This document shows, piece by piece, positions 8,457-18,207 of a DNA stretch of 64,000 bases. How positions within the stretch are numbered: position 1 is the first letter of the stretch; every line of letters starts with the position of its first letter. Location: the NCBI GenBank assembly GCA_040767085.1, contig JAXGPF010000008.1, positions 32,001 through 96,000 on the forward strand, given 5' to 3'. The position numbers were made by a program, and so were the translations under genes. The notes under the pieces are model-generated. The model did not search any database. It was given only the letters and a program-made list of their open reading frames with translations, and was not told where the DNA came from. Origin of the DNA: Kiritimatiellia bacterium (GTDB lineage: Bacteria > Verrucomicrobiota > Kiritimatiellia > JAAZAB01).

Positions 8457-10067
8457 ATGCCAACGTTTTTACAGCAGCTTTGCCGGCTGGCCCGGGAGAC
8501 GCCGGCGTCGGATTTGCCGGTCCCGGAATGCCGGGATTTGCTGCGCCGGCTGTTCGAGCAGATGCGGTCGGACGGCGAGTCGTCCGAACTGGCGCGGATG
8601 AAGGGCTTGCGCATCATCGGCCAGGATGCGCTGATCGAGCGCGCAATCATGACCCTCGTCATGAACGAACATCTCCTGCTGGAAGGGCTGCCCGGCGTGG
8701 CCAAAACGCAGGCGGTGAAATTCCTGGCGGATGACACCGGCATGGTGTACCTGCGGGTGCAGTTCCTGCCGGACATGCTGCCGTCGGACCTGATCGGCAA
8801 GAGCGCGTTCGACGTCCGCGCGCTCCAGGCGGTCGCGCAGGCTGCCGTCCCGGAGGCGGTGGACGTGGAGCATTGGCATAATGGTCCGCTGTTCGCCAAC
8901 CTGCTCGTGGCGGACGAGATCAACCGCGCGCCATCCAAGGTCCAGGCGGCGCTCCTGGAGGCCATGGGCGAGCGGCAGATTACACCGCTGGGCCACAGCA
9001 CGCATGTCATCCGTTCGAATCGCGAGTGGGAGATGTGGCTGCGGCATATCCGCGCGCTCGAAATCCAGCAAATCGTCGCGGGCGACATCTGGGGCCGGTA
9101 TGCCGACGGCATCGGCCGCCAGCCGCCGGACGAATTGACAGCCGCGCTGCTGCAGCCCGCCGTCAGGGCCCTGTGCAATCAGCGTTTCGAGCGGTTTGGC
9201 CCGGATTTCCCCTTCGGCCGGCATGGCTGGCGCGATCCGGCGCCGCTGTTTGGCGCCACGGGCATTACCCTGGATTCCGGCGTGGACGCCCAGTTCACCG
9301 TGTTTGCCACGCAGAATCCCATCGAGCAGGCCGGCACCTATCCCATGAGCGAGGCCCAGGTGGATCGTTTCAATATGAAACATTCCGTGCCGTATCCCGA
9401 TCACGCCAGCATGCTGGCCATTACCAGGATGATCAACCGGCCCCGCCGGCAGCAGGATCCCGACCTGGCCTTCACCCTGCCGCCCGAATTGGAGCGTACG
9501 CCCGCCCAGCGCGCCCAGCGCGACCTGGCCATCCGGGCTTCGCTTTACTTTTTCCGGCGCTGCCGCGAATTGCTCTACGGTCCGCCCGGCCGCATTGACG
9601 GCAGCGCGCTGGCGGAGTTGCTGTCGGATGCCGCGACGGCGCCGCGCGGGCCGGCCGGCAAGATGCTGCGCCTGGTGTTTTATACCCACTTGAAACTGAC
9701 CCGCACGACCCGGCCCTCGGAAGCCCTGTCGCTGTTGTGCGATCGCGAGCAGCAGGACCGCCTGCGCTGGCTGTACCGCGATCCGGCATTGCGCGACGAT
9801 TTGCGCGTGCTGACGCGCAGCGAGGTGTTCGAATACATCAACAGCGGCGCCAGCCCGCGCGGCATGCTCAGCCTGGCGCGCACCAGCCTGGCGCGCGCCT
9901 TTTTGCATGGCGGCGGTCCACAAATCGCCGTGTCGGACGGCGACATCCGCGCCGTGGCGGAAAACGTTCTCGGCCACCGCGTCCGCCTGAATTCCCAGGC
10001 GCGCGTCCGCGATTTGAACGCCCGCAAGCTTTTGGAAGCGCTCATGGAACAGGTTTTGGAGCATTAG
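8457..10067 (+). CDS. MoxR-family AAA+ ATPase with large insertions
   Basis: LLLEGLPGVAKT (Walker A), QFLPDMLPSDLIG, DEINRAPSKVQAALLEAM, ATQNPIEQ..TYP..EAQVDRF, GASPRG. Confidence 0.93.
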   Translation: MPTFLQQLCRLARETPASDLPVPECRDLLRRLFEQMRSDGESSELARMKGLRIIGQDALIERAIMTLVMNEHLLLEGLPGVAKTQAVKFLADDTGMVYLRVQFLPDMLPSDLIGKSAFDVRALQAVAQAAVPEAVDVEHWHNGPLFANLLVADEINRAPSKVQAALLEAMGERQITPLGHSTHVIRSNREWEMWLRHIRALEIQQIVAGDIWGRYADGIGRQPPDELTAALLQPAVRALCNQRFERFGPDFPFGRHGWRDPAPLFGATGITLDSGVDAQFTVFATQNPIEQAGTYPMSEAQVDRFNMKHSVPYPDHASMLAITRMINRPRRQQDPDLAFTLPPELERTPAQRAQRDLAIRASLYFFRRCRELLYGPPGRIDGSALAELLSDAATAPRGPAGKMLRLVFYTHLKLTRTTRPSEALSLLCDREQQDRLRWLYRDPALRDDLRVLTRSEVFEYINSGASPRGMLSLARTSLARAFLHGGGPQIAVSDGDIRAVAENVLGHRVRLNSQARVRDLNARKLLEALMEQVLEH

Positions 10068-10092
10068 CCGCGCCGCCGGAAATTCTGCAACC

Positions 10093-11136
10093 ATGCACGG
10101 ATACAGCTTGATGCGAACGCCATCTCCAGGCCAGTTATTGGAAGCCAACCGCGCGGCCCTGCGCCTGGCTAATGACGAGATTGCGCTCTACGCCGGCGAA
10201 TTGGCCCATCATTTTCTGGCCGGCTGCTTCCCGACCATGATGTACGTCGAGCGCTCTTCGGAGGTAGCCGAGCCCGGCCCGTTCGATCTGAGCATGGAGC
10301 CGGAACGCCTGGAAACCCGCCGCATGACCGCCCGGCACTGGCAGCGGTTTGACCTCTCCCTCATCAGCGGCGACTTGCTGGCCCGGCGGTACGTGCGGGA
10401 ACTGGAATATGAATTCGTGCTGGTGCTGGATATCAGCCGGTCGCTGACCGGCGGCTGGCTGGCCAGCGTGGCCGCGGGCAATTGGCGCGGGGATATCTGC
10501 TACCGCTTGAAGTACCTGGCCTGCGCGCTTTTGAATTCGGCGGTGGCCCAGGATTTCGCCTGCCGGGTGGTGTTTGTGGACCAGGGCCGCACCAGCGAAT
10601 TGTCGGCCCGGGACGACGAAGCCATTGCCTATGCCGTGCTGGAACAGATGGATGAATTGATTGCCTTGCGGCCCGATCCGCCCGAGCGGCTCTGGCTGCT
10701 GGAGGGCGTGCTGCAGGAACTGGCCGCGTCGCCCGCCAACCTGCTGGTGGCCGTGGTCTCGGATTTCCTCGATCCGGCCCAGGATCATGGCGGGAACGAG
10801 GAATTGATGCTCAGCGCCCTGTCGCGGCTGAGGCATGGCAAGCGCCTGATGGCGCTCCAGGTCAACCGCGAACGCGATCTGCATCAAAGCCGGCTGCACC
10901 CGGAATCGCCGGCCGACCTGACTGGCCGGGAAGAAGTCAGCCGGCGCAAATTTTCGCTGGTGGAGACGGCGGAACGCCGCGCGCGCTATTGCCGGTGGCT
11001 GGGCGGCGCCGACGGCGGCGCCGGCCGCCTGGAAACCCACCTGGCCACGGAAAACGTGCCTTTTCAGAAATTTTTCAGGCCGGACGATATCAATGCGCGC
11101 CTGGAAGAATTGGCCTGCGCCGTGTTGCAGGTATAG
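10093..11136 (+). CDS. DUF58-like (vWA-related) MoxR partner
   Basis: Directly after MoxR; motifs RRYVRE..FVLVLDISRSL and VAVVSDFLD typical of DUF58 proteins. Confidence 0.75.
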   Translation: MHGYSLMRTPSPGQLLEANRAALRLANDEIALYAGELAHHFLAGCFPTMMYVERSSEVAEPGPFDLSMEPERLETRRMTARHWQRFDLSLISGDLLARRYVRELEYEFVLVLDISRSLTGGWLASVAAGNWRGDICYRLKYLACALLNSAVAQDFACRVVFVDQGRTSELSARDDEAIAYAVLEQMDELIALRPDPPERLWLLEGVLQELAASPANLLVAVVSDFLDPAQDHGGNEELMLSALSRLRHGKRLMALQVNRERDLHQSRLHPESPADLTGREEVSRRKFSLVETAERRARYCRWLGGADGGAGRLETHLATENVPFQKFFRPDDINARLEELACAVLQV

Positions 11137-11150
11137 ACCGTTCCTTCCAA

Positions 11151-11185
11151 ACATGATACATTTCACGTAGCAAAATGTGTCGTGT
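11151..11185. terminator. Imperfect inverted repeat homologous to 5006-5040
   Basis: ACATGATACATTT-cacgtagc-AAAATGTGTCGTGT, 14 nt after the DUF58 stop. Confidence 0.45.
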
Positions 11186-11257
11186 CTGGAAAGAATAAGT
11201 AATACCAAATGCAACCATGAGATTTTATTTAATAATATTACTGAATGATGATAAGAC

Positions 11258-11564
11258 AGTGCGGGGTGGCGCAGGTATCAGGCAATTTTCATGCGTAGCG
11301 CGGCGCGAAGCATGATGCATGCGTGGTTTGAATTCGGGCGCCCGCAGGGATTCGAAAAGACAAGGCAAGCTTGCCCCAGATGCGGGCGCTCCGGGAGCGG
11401 GGCTAACCTCGTGGTTGCCCCGCTTCCGGGAAGCCCGCCCGCAGGGACGCCCCTCAGCGGGCGGCAGATGGGGCAAGATCGCCGCCGTCCTTTTCGAACC
11501 GAATTCAAACCACAACGGTGGAGAGGGAGAAAGCATGAATTGGGCTGAGGGCAAAGCCCGCCTT
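11258..11564 (+). repeat. Structured intergenic repeat family A, copy 2 (extra ~87 nt of hairpins)
   Basis: Colinear with 5201-5430; extra segment ~11388-11474. Confidence 0.9.
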
Positions 11565-11574
11565 AGGAGCGCTT

Positions 11575-11985
11575 ATGTTTAAAGTCTTGAATCCATACAT
11601 GCTGGTCGCGGTGGACGCAATCCCGATCACCGACATTCAACCCGGGCCGACGCCGGAAAAGACCTTCGTCTATCTCGATCCGCGGCGGGAGGAGAATCAG
11701 GGGCGGACGGAATTGCGGGTGGCCTGGCCGGAATTCTGCACCATCCATTTCAAGGCCAGGGTCAACAAGCGCGAGCGGATTGTGACGGTGCCGGACGTGC
11801 TGCTGGAATATCTGGCCTGGTTGAACAAGGAACTGGGCGGATGGAAATCCCTGCCGCCCCGGCCGTGGGATCCGGATTCCGCCGTCGGGCGCTGGTTTTC
11901 GCCTTACCTGCGGGTGTCCAGTATGGAAGAATTGCGCCAGGGTTTGGCCGCCGATATGGCCTTGCTGCGCAGCATGCGCCGCTGA
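11575..11985 (+). CDS. Hypothetical protein (136 aa)
   Basis: AGGAG RBS before ATG; 7-nt gap to the next gene. Confidence 0.7.
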   Translation: MFKVLNPYMLVAVDAIPITDIQPGPTPEKTFVYLDPRREENQGRTELRVAWPEFCTIHFKARVNKRERIVTVPDVLLEYLAWLNKELGGWKSLPPRPWDPDSAVGRWFSPYLRVSSMEELRQGLAADMALLRSMRR

Positions 11986-11992
11986 TTTAACC

Positions 11993-13678
11993 ATGGGCAA
12001 AAATCGTTCATCGCAGCTTTACGACGCGCGGCAGCCGCCGCCGAAAATCGAACTGGATCGGGCTTTGCGCCCGGAGGAAGTGCCCGCCGCGCCGCCGCCG
12101 CGCCCGCCGCCGCGCCGCCGGCGGGCCGGACTGGCCGCGGCGCTGGCGCTGGCGCTGGCGGCCGGCGCGGGATATGGTCTCTGGCGCGCGCTCCGGACGG
12201 AATCCGCGCCGGACGCGCCGCCGGCGATTGCCCGCAAAACATCCCCTCCGCCCGCGAAGTTGCCGTTGCCGGCCGTGATTCCCGCCGCGTTGTCGGTCAC
12301 CGGGGCGCCGGCCAAGGCGGCGCGCCCCGGGCTGCTCCGGCATGGCGCATTGCGGCTGGCGGTGTCGGCGCCGGCACATGCGCAAGCCTACCTGGCCGCC
12401 ATTGAAAAAAGCGTGTGGGCGCGCCCGTTGTTCGCCAAGTCGGAGCTTCAGCCGGAACAGGAAGCCTGGCTCAGCATCAGGGAATTGCCCTGCATTTTGA
12501 CGAATCTGCCCGCCGGGTCGGCGGAGGTCGCCATCCGCATTTCGGGTTTTGACGTGGAAACGCCGGCCCGCCGCGTGCTGATTCCGGTGGGCGCGACCGC
12601 GGAAGTGGATTTTGCCGCCAGCCCCCGTCCGGCGACCCTGGCGGTGGATTGCAATGTCAAGCATGCCTCGATCGCATTGCAGGTTGCCGGGGAGGAGGAA
12701 ACCTTGCCGGTGTCGGTCAATGATTTAAAGCAGCCCGTGGCGGAAGTGCCGGCCTTGCGGCCGCTGCTGCTGAATGTGAGCGCGCCGGGGTACCTGCCCG
12801 AGACCATGGAACTCGCCGGGCTGGAACCGGATTTTTTCAACATCCAGAAGATCGTGCTGAAACCTGAGCCGCCGTTGGAACCACGGCGCAAGGCGGCGCC
12901 GCGGTACCGCCCCGAGCCGCCCTTGTTCCTGGACCTGGGCGGCGGGGTGACGATGGAATTAGTCTGGATTCCCCCGGGCGAATTCATCATGGGCAGCCCT
13001 GGCGCCGAACTGGGACGTTACGCCGATGAAGGCCCGCAGCATCTGGTGGAAATTACGCAGGGATTCTGGATGGGCCGATACGAAGTGACGCAGGCGCAGT
13101 GGCGGCAGGTCATGGACGCCAATCCCAGCCGGCAGCAGGATGCCGGCCATCCCGTCGAACAGGTGAGTTGGAAAGATTGCGCGGTGTTTCTCGATAAACT
13201 GGGGACGACGGTCAAAAAATGGCCGGATCAGCCGCTGGCATTCGCGCTGCCGTCGGAGGCGGAATGGGAGTACGCCTGCCGGGCGGGCACGGAGACCGCC
13301 CTCAACCATGGCGCGGAGTTGACCTCGCTCATGGGCCGCTGTCCGCGACTGGATCGGGTGGCGTGGTACTACAGTCCGAACAGCGATGCCCGGACACATC
13401 CGGTGGGGCGCAAGGAAGCCAACGCCTGGGGCTTATACGACATGCTGGGCAATGTCTGGGAATGGTGCCGCGACGGCAAGCGCATCTATGATCCGCTCCG
13501 GCAGACCGATCCGGAAGGCAAAAGCGAGGTGCGCGTGTCACGCGGCGGCAGCATGGGCGATTATGCCAGATTCTGCCGTTCCGCGACGCGCTATGCCCTG
13601 GTGCCGGCCGACAAGAATTTTTATCTCGGCTTGCGCGTGATTGCCCGCGCGCGTCCGGCGGACAAGGCTCGGAAATGA
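11993..13678 (+). CDS. Membrane-anchored FGE/SUMF1 sulfatase-modifying domain protein with PEGA-like middle region
   Basis: IPPGEFIMGS, YEVTQAQW, PVEQVSW, LPSEAEWEYACRAG, NAWGLYDMLGNVWEWC; N-terminal TM helix. Confidence 0.92.
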   Translation: MGKNRSSQLYDARQPPPKIELDRALRPEEVPAAPPPRPPPRRRRAGLAAALALALAAGAGYGLWRALRTESAPDAPPAIARKTSPPPAKLPLPAVIPAALSVTGAPAKAARPGLLRHGALRLAVSAPAHAQAYLAAIEKSVWARPLFAKSELQPEQEAWLSIRELPCILTNLPAGSAEVAIRISGFDVETPARRVLIPVGATAEVDFAASPRPATLAVDCNVKHASIALQVAGEEETLPVSVNDLKQPVAEVPALRPLLLNVSAPGYLPETMELAGLEPDFFNIQKIVLKPEPPLEPRRKAAPRYRPEPPLFLDLGGGVTMELVWIPPGEFIMGSPGAELGRYADEGPQHLVEITQGFWMGRYEVTQAQWRQVMDANPSRQQDAGHPVEQVSWKDCAVFLDKLGTTVKKWPDQPLAFALPSEAEWEYACRAGTETALNHGAELTSLMGRCPRLDRVAWYYSPNSDARTHPVGRKEANAWGLYDMLGNVWEWCRDGKRIYDPLRQTDPEGKSEVRVSRGGSMGDYARFCRSATRYALVPADKNFYLGLRVIARARPADKARK

Positions 13679-13707
13679 GTTGGGCGGCATTGCCGCCGGC
13701 CGGTCGG

Positions 13708-14925
13708 TCAGCGCATATGGGCGATGATGTTGTCCGCGAATTCAGAGCACATGATGGCGGTTGCGCCTTCCATCAAGCGCGCGAAGTCATAAGTCACGCG
13801 TTTGGATGCGATGGCGCCGGCCAGGCCGGTTTCAATCATGTCCGCCGGATCGGTCCAGCCCAGATACCGCAGCATCATTGCCCCGGATAAAATCACCGAG
13901 CCGGGATTGACCTTGTCCAGGTTGGCGTATTTCGGCGCGGTGCCGTGGGTGGCTTCGAACACGGCATGGCCGGTGACGTAGTTGATGTTGCCGCCCGGCG
14001 CGATCCCGATGCCGCCCACCTGGGCCGCCAGGGCGTCGGACATGTAGTCGCCGTTCAAGTTCAGCGTGGCGATCACATCGAATTCTTCCGGCCGGGTCAG
14101 GATTTGCTGGAGGAAGATGTCGGCGATGACGTCCTTGATCAGAACCTGGCCGGGCGGGACCTGGCCCTGGCACTCCTCCCAACTGACTGCCTTGCCGGCA
14201 TATTCCTCGCGAGCCAGTTCATAGCCCCAGCGCATGAACGCGCCTTCGGTGAATTTCTGGATGTTGCCCTTGTGCACCAGGGTGACGGATTTGCGGTTGT
14301 TCCGCAAGGCGTATTCAATGGCCGCCCGCACCAGCCGCCGGGAACCGGTGCGGGAAACCGGCTTCAGGCCCAGGCCGGAATCCGGCCGGATGTCCCAGTT
14401 GAATTTTTGCTTCAGGAATTCCAGCAGGGCCGCGGCTTCGGGCGAGCCGGCCGGGACTTCCCGGCCGGCGTAAACATCTTCCGTGTTCTCGCGGAAAATC
14501 ACCATGTCCACCTTTTCCGGACGCTTGACGGGGGAGGGGGTGCCCGGGAAATAACGCACCGGGCGCAGGCAGACATAAAGATCCAGCGCCTGACGGAGCG
14601 CCACGTTCAGGCTGCGGATGCCGCCGCCCACCGGGGTGGTCAACGGGCCCTTGATGCCTACCAGGCACTCCCGGAACGCCTCCAGGGTGGCCGCGGGCAG
14701 CCAGTCGCCGGTCCGATCGAATGCCTTCTGGCCGGCCAGCACTTCCCGCCAGGCGATTTTTCTGGCGCCGCCGTAGGCCGCGGCGACGGCTGCGTCCAAG
14801 ACGCGGACCGCGGCGCGCCAGATGTCCGGGCCGATGCCGTCGCCTTCGATAAAAGGAATCACCGGATGATCGGGCACTTCCAGGCCGCGTGCGCCCATCC
14901 GGATTTTTTGTGCTTTAGTTGGCAT
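13708..14925 (-). CDS. icd: NADP-dependent isocitrate dehydrogenase
   Basis: [54 protein letters not shown]. Confidence 0.97.
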   Translation of the reverse strand: MPTKAQKIRMGARGLEVPDHPVIPFIEGDGIGPDIWRAAVRVLDAAVAAAYGGARKIAWREVLAGQKAFDRTGDWLPAATLEAFRECLVGIKGPLTTPVGGGIRSLNVALRQALDLYVCLRPVRYFPGTPSPVKRPEKVDMVIFRENTEDVYAGREVPAGSPEAAALLEFLKQKFNWDIRPDSGLGLKPVSRTGSRRLVRAAIEYALRNNRKSVTLVHKGNIQKFTEGAFMRWGYELAREEYAGKAVSWEECQGQVPPGQVLIKDVIADIFLQQILTRPEEFDVIATLNLNGDYMSDALAAQVGGIGIAPGGNINYVTGHAVFEATHGTAPKYANLDKVNPGSVILSGAMMLRYLGWTDPADMIETGLAGAIASKRVTYDFARLMEGATAIMCSEFADNIIAHMR

Positions 14926-14973
14926 GATGCTCCCGCTGTAACGTTTTCGTTTCCCATCAACACGGACATGAAA

Positions 14974-16926
14974 TCAGCCGCCGGACGTTGCGCCGACCTG
15001 TAAATTCAGCCTGCCGCCGGCCAGGATGATGGCGCGTTCGCGTTCGTTCAGGCGGCATTGCACCGGGATGGCGATGCCGCGGGTGATATTCTGCAAGGTC
15101 AGCGCGCCGCGTTCCAACCCGGCCCGCAAACCGGCCAGTTCCAGGACGTCGCCTTGTTCCACGCGGGCGTAATCGCCGGGATCCTGGAATATCAGCGGCA
15201 GGATGCCGCAGTTGATCAGGTTGGCGGTATGAATGCGCTCAAAACTCCTGGCCGCCACCGCCCGCACGCCCAGAAACATCGGGCAGAGCGCGGCATGCTC
15301 GCGGCTGGAACCCTGGCCGTAAGACTCGCCGGCAATGATGAAGGAGACCCGCCCCTGCGCCCGGGCCGCTTTGCACCGCGCGGGAAAACCTGGATCCACC
15401 GGATGAAAAACATATTCGGCGTATTTGGGCACATTGGAGCGGAGCTTGAGAAAGGCGCCGGCCGGCATGATGTGGTCGGTGGTGACCTTGTCCCCGACCT
15501 TGATTTGCGCAATGCCGGCCAGAGTGTCGGGCGGCGGCACATTGCGCGGCAGCGCGCCGATGTTCGGGCCGCGGACGAGCGCGACCTGCGCCCGCGCGGC
15601 CGGCAGCGGTGGTTCGACGATCATCGCATCGTCCGTAATGAAGTGCGCCGGCTGTTTAATGAAGGGGTAGCGGCCGGCCCCCCAGCCGCGCGGATCGGTG
15701 AATTCGCCCGCGACGGCAGCCGCGGCGGCGGTTTCCACGGAAGCCAGGTACACGGCGGCATCCCGCGTGCCGCTGCGGCCGAGGAAGTTGCGGTTGGAAG
15801 TGCGGATGGAAACGGCGTTGGAACGCGGGGCATGGGAATTGCCGATGCAAAAACCGCAGGCGCTTTCCGCGATCCGCGCGCCGGCGGCGATCAGGTCGGC
15901 CAGGGCGCCGTTGCGGGCAATCATCTCCAGCACCTGCCGCGAACCCGGCGCCACCACCAGGCTGATGCCAGGGGCGATTTTTTTACCGGCCAGCATGCGG
16001 GCCGCCACCATCAGGTCCTTGTAGGATGAATTCGTGCAGGAACCGATGCACACCTGCTGCACGGCCAGCCCGGCGAGTTCCCGCACCGTTTTTACATTGT
16101 CCGGGTTATGCGGCGCGGCGGCCAGCGGTTCGATCTGCGACAAATCAATGTCAATCACCCGGTCGTAGCGGGCGCCCGGGTCGGCCTTGAGCGGCGTGTA
16201 ATCCGCCAGCCGGCCCTGCGCCTGTAAAAAACGGCGGGTGACATTGTCGGCCGGGAAAACCGAGGCCGTGACGCCCAGTTCGGCGCCCATGTTGGCGATG
16301 GTGGCGCGTTCCGGCACGCTCAAGGTGCGCACTCCCGGCCCGCCGTATTCCAGGGCCGTGCCGACGTTGCCCTTGGAAGTCAGCATTTGCAGCAAACGCA
16401 GAATGACATCCTTGGCCGAGACCCAGGGCGGCAGTCGGCCGGCCAGGCGGACCAGGCAGACCCGGGGACATTGCAAAGCGAAGGGTTGGCCGGCCATGGC
16501 CAGCGCCACGTCCAATCCGCCGGCGCCGATGGCCAGCATGCCGATCCCGCCGCCGGTGGGGGTATGGGAATCCGAGCCCAGCAGCGTCCGGCCGGGCTTG
16601 CCGAACCGCTCCAGGTGCACCTGGTGGCAGATGCCGTTGCCCGCACGGGAAAATTTCACGCCGAACCTGGCGGCCGCTGACTGCAGGTAGGCGTGGTCGT
16701 CGGCGTTTTCGAAACCGGACTGCACGGTGTTATGGTCCACATAACTGACCGAAAGTTCGGTTTTGACCGATCCGGCGCCCATCGCCTCGTATTGCAGGAA
16801 GGCCATGGTGCCGGTAGCATCCTGGGTCAAGGTCTGGTCAATGCGAATCTCAATATCCGCGCCCGGCGCCCAGGCGCCGCTGGCCAGGTGGCTGGTGATG
16901 AGTTTCTCGACGACGCCCCGCGGCAT
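14974..16926 (-). CDS. Aconitate hydratase
   Basis: TQDATGTMA, GNGICHQ, GSDSHT, IGSCTNSS, ACGFCIG, TTDHI, YGQGSSREHAA; start set at MPRGVVEK. Confidence 0.95.
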   Translation of the reverse strand: MPRGVVEKLITSHLASGAWAPGADIEIRIDQTLTQDATGTMAFLQYEAMGAGSVKTELSVSYVDHNTVQSGFENADDHAYLQSAAARFGVKFSRAGNGICHQVHLERFGKPGRTLLGSDSHTPTGGGIGMLAIGAGGLDVALAMAGQPFALQCPRVCLVRLAGRLPPWVSAKDVILRLLQMLTSKGNVGTALEYGGPGVRTLSVPERATIANMGAELGVTASVFPADNVTRRFLQAQGRLADYTPLKADPGARYDRVIDIDLSQIEPLAAAPHNPDNVKTVRELAGLAVQQVCIGSCTNSSYKDLMVAARMLAGKKIAPGISLVVAPGSRQVLEMIARNGALADLIAAGARIAESACGFCIGNSHAPRSNAVSIRTSNRNFLGRSGTRDAAVYLASVETAAAAAVAGEFTDPRGWGAGRYPFIKQPAHFITDDAMIVEPPLPAARAQVALVRGPNIGALPRNVPPPDTLAGIAQIKVGDKVTTDHIMPAGAFLKLRSNVPKYAEYVFHPVDPGFPARCKAARAQGRVSFIIAGESYGQGSSREHAALCPMFLGVRAVAARSFERIHTANLINCGILPLIFQDPGDYARVEQGDVLELAGLRAGLERGALTLQNITRGIAIPVQCRLNERERAIILAGGRLNLQVGATSGG

Positions 16927-17080
16927 ATATCCTGCTCCTTCCTGGCGCTTGATCAATGTCCAAAACCATCCAACTAGTTTGTCATATGGCCTTTTACGCT
17001 TGAGTAAGGTCAACCAAGCGTAATACAATACATCATTCTAAAAATGGCCGGGCCTGTCAAGATTGTTATGGAGTGCGCGC

Positions 17081-17671
17081 ATGCCGTCGCCGGTGGCACA
17101 TACCCTGATTGGAATTACGCTGGGCGCGGCCTGCTGCCTGCCGCGCGGCGGCGGCTGGCGCCGGCTGGGCGCCCGGCTGTGGCGCTGGCGCGGCTTGCTG
17201 CTGGTGTGCGCGTTGCTGGCCAATGCCCCGGATATTGACTACCTGTTCGGGTTGGCCGCCGGCGATTTGAACAGCCGGCATCAGTTGGTCACCCATACCC
17301 TGGGCTGGATTGCCGCCGTGGCCCTGGCCTTATGGTGGGCGCAGCGGTATTTCGCGCCCCGCGCGGTGCGGATGTCCGCCGCCTTGATTTTTCTGCTGCT
17401 GGCCAGCCATCTGGCGGCGGATTACCTCGGGCAGGACCTGGCTCCGCCTTTCGGCATCATGGCCTTCTGGCCGCTCTCGGACCGTTTTTATCTCTCGCCC
17501 TGGCCGTTGTTCCCGGCGCCCGCCAAGCGCGCGCTGGGCGAATTATGGTCGGCGCACAATTTGCGCGTGATGGCGTGGGAATTGGCGCTGCTCATGCCGG
17601 CGCTGCTGGCGGTCATGCTTTACAAGGCCCGCGGCTCCGCGGGGGATCCGCCGGCCGGCCATACTGGTTGA
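17081..17671 (+). CDS. Membrane-bound metal-dependent hydrolase (YdjM/DUF457-like)
   Basis: MPSPVAH, PDID, HQLVTHTL, SHLAAD motifs with TM helices. Confidence 0.85.
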   Translation: MPSPVAHTLIGITLGAACCLPRGGGWRRLGARLWRWRGLLLVCALLANAPDIDYLFGLAAGDLNSRHQLVTHTLGWIAAVALALWWAQRYFAPRAVRMSAALIFLLLASHLAADYLGQDLAPPFGIMAFWPLSDRFYLSPWPLFPAPAKRALGELWSAHNLRVMAWELALLMPALLAVMLYKARGSAGDPPAGHTG

Positions 17672-18207
17672 GTTCGCGGCGGACGCTTTAGCATCCGCCG
17701 CCTTGCCAGGGTGACAGACACCAGCCAAAGCGCGATAAACGGCGCGGTTCCCAACAAGAATGGCATATAACTGAAGATCACTATCTCCAGCTCGTCGTCC
17801 ATGCCCAGCATTCTGATGACGGCGGAAAGCATCCCGGCCAGCAGCATCCGCCAGAGGGCGGACTTGAATGGATACCTGCAAAACAGGTATGCCAGGCAGG
17901 GAATGAACCATAAGCAGTTGATGATGTTGGTGGCAAACAGCCGCGGGGTGTCTTGGTAGAATCCCATCTCCATGTCCGGCGGCGGAAAAAAATTGATCAG
18001 CAACCCGGTTGCCAGCGCGGGGAGCAAGGCGGCTTTCAGCAGCGACCGCAGGCTGGGCGGGCGGCCTTCCATCAGGATGACCGCCAACGTTAAAAACCCG
18101 CCAAACAGACCGCCGCGTATGCCGAAGGCAAGCGGGTCGAAAATCCCGCTCAGCCATCCCGCGCCGGCGCCGATCAAAAGCAGCCAGGCCTTTTGCTTGA
18201 TATTCAT
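17620..18207 (-). CDS. Hypothetical multi-pass membrane protein
   Basis: GGAGG RBS before MNIKQK; ATGA overlap with the radical SAM stop; about 6 TM segments. Confidence 0.7.
   Translation of the reverse strand: MNIKQKAWLLLIGAGAGWLSGIFDPLAFGIRGGLFGGFLTLAVILMEGRPPSLRSLLKAALLPALATGLLINFFPPPDMEMGFYQDTPRLFATNIINCLWFIPCLAYLFCRYPFKSALWRMLLAGMLSAVIRMLGMDDELEIVIFSYMPFLLGTAPFIALWLVSVTLARRRMLKRPPRTQPVWPAGGSPAEPRAL

Noticed and set aside
9012-9293. Intein in MoxR
   Set aside because: No N-terminal Cys/Ser block, no His-Asn terminus and no LAGLIDADG motif
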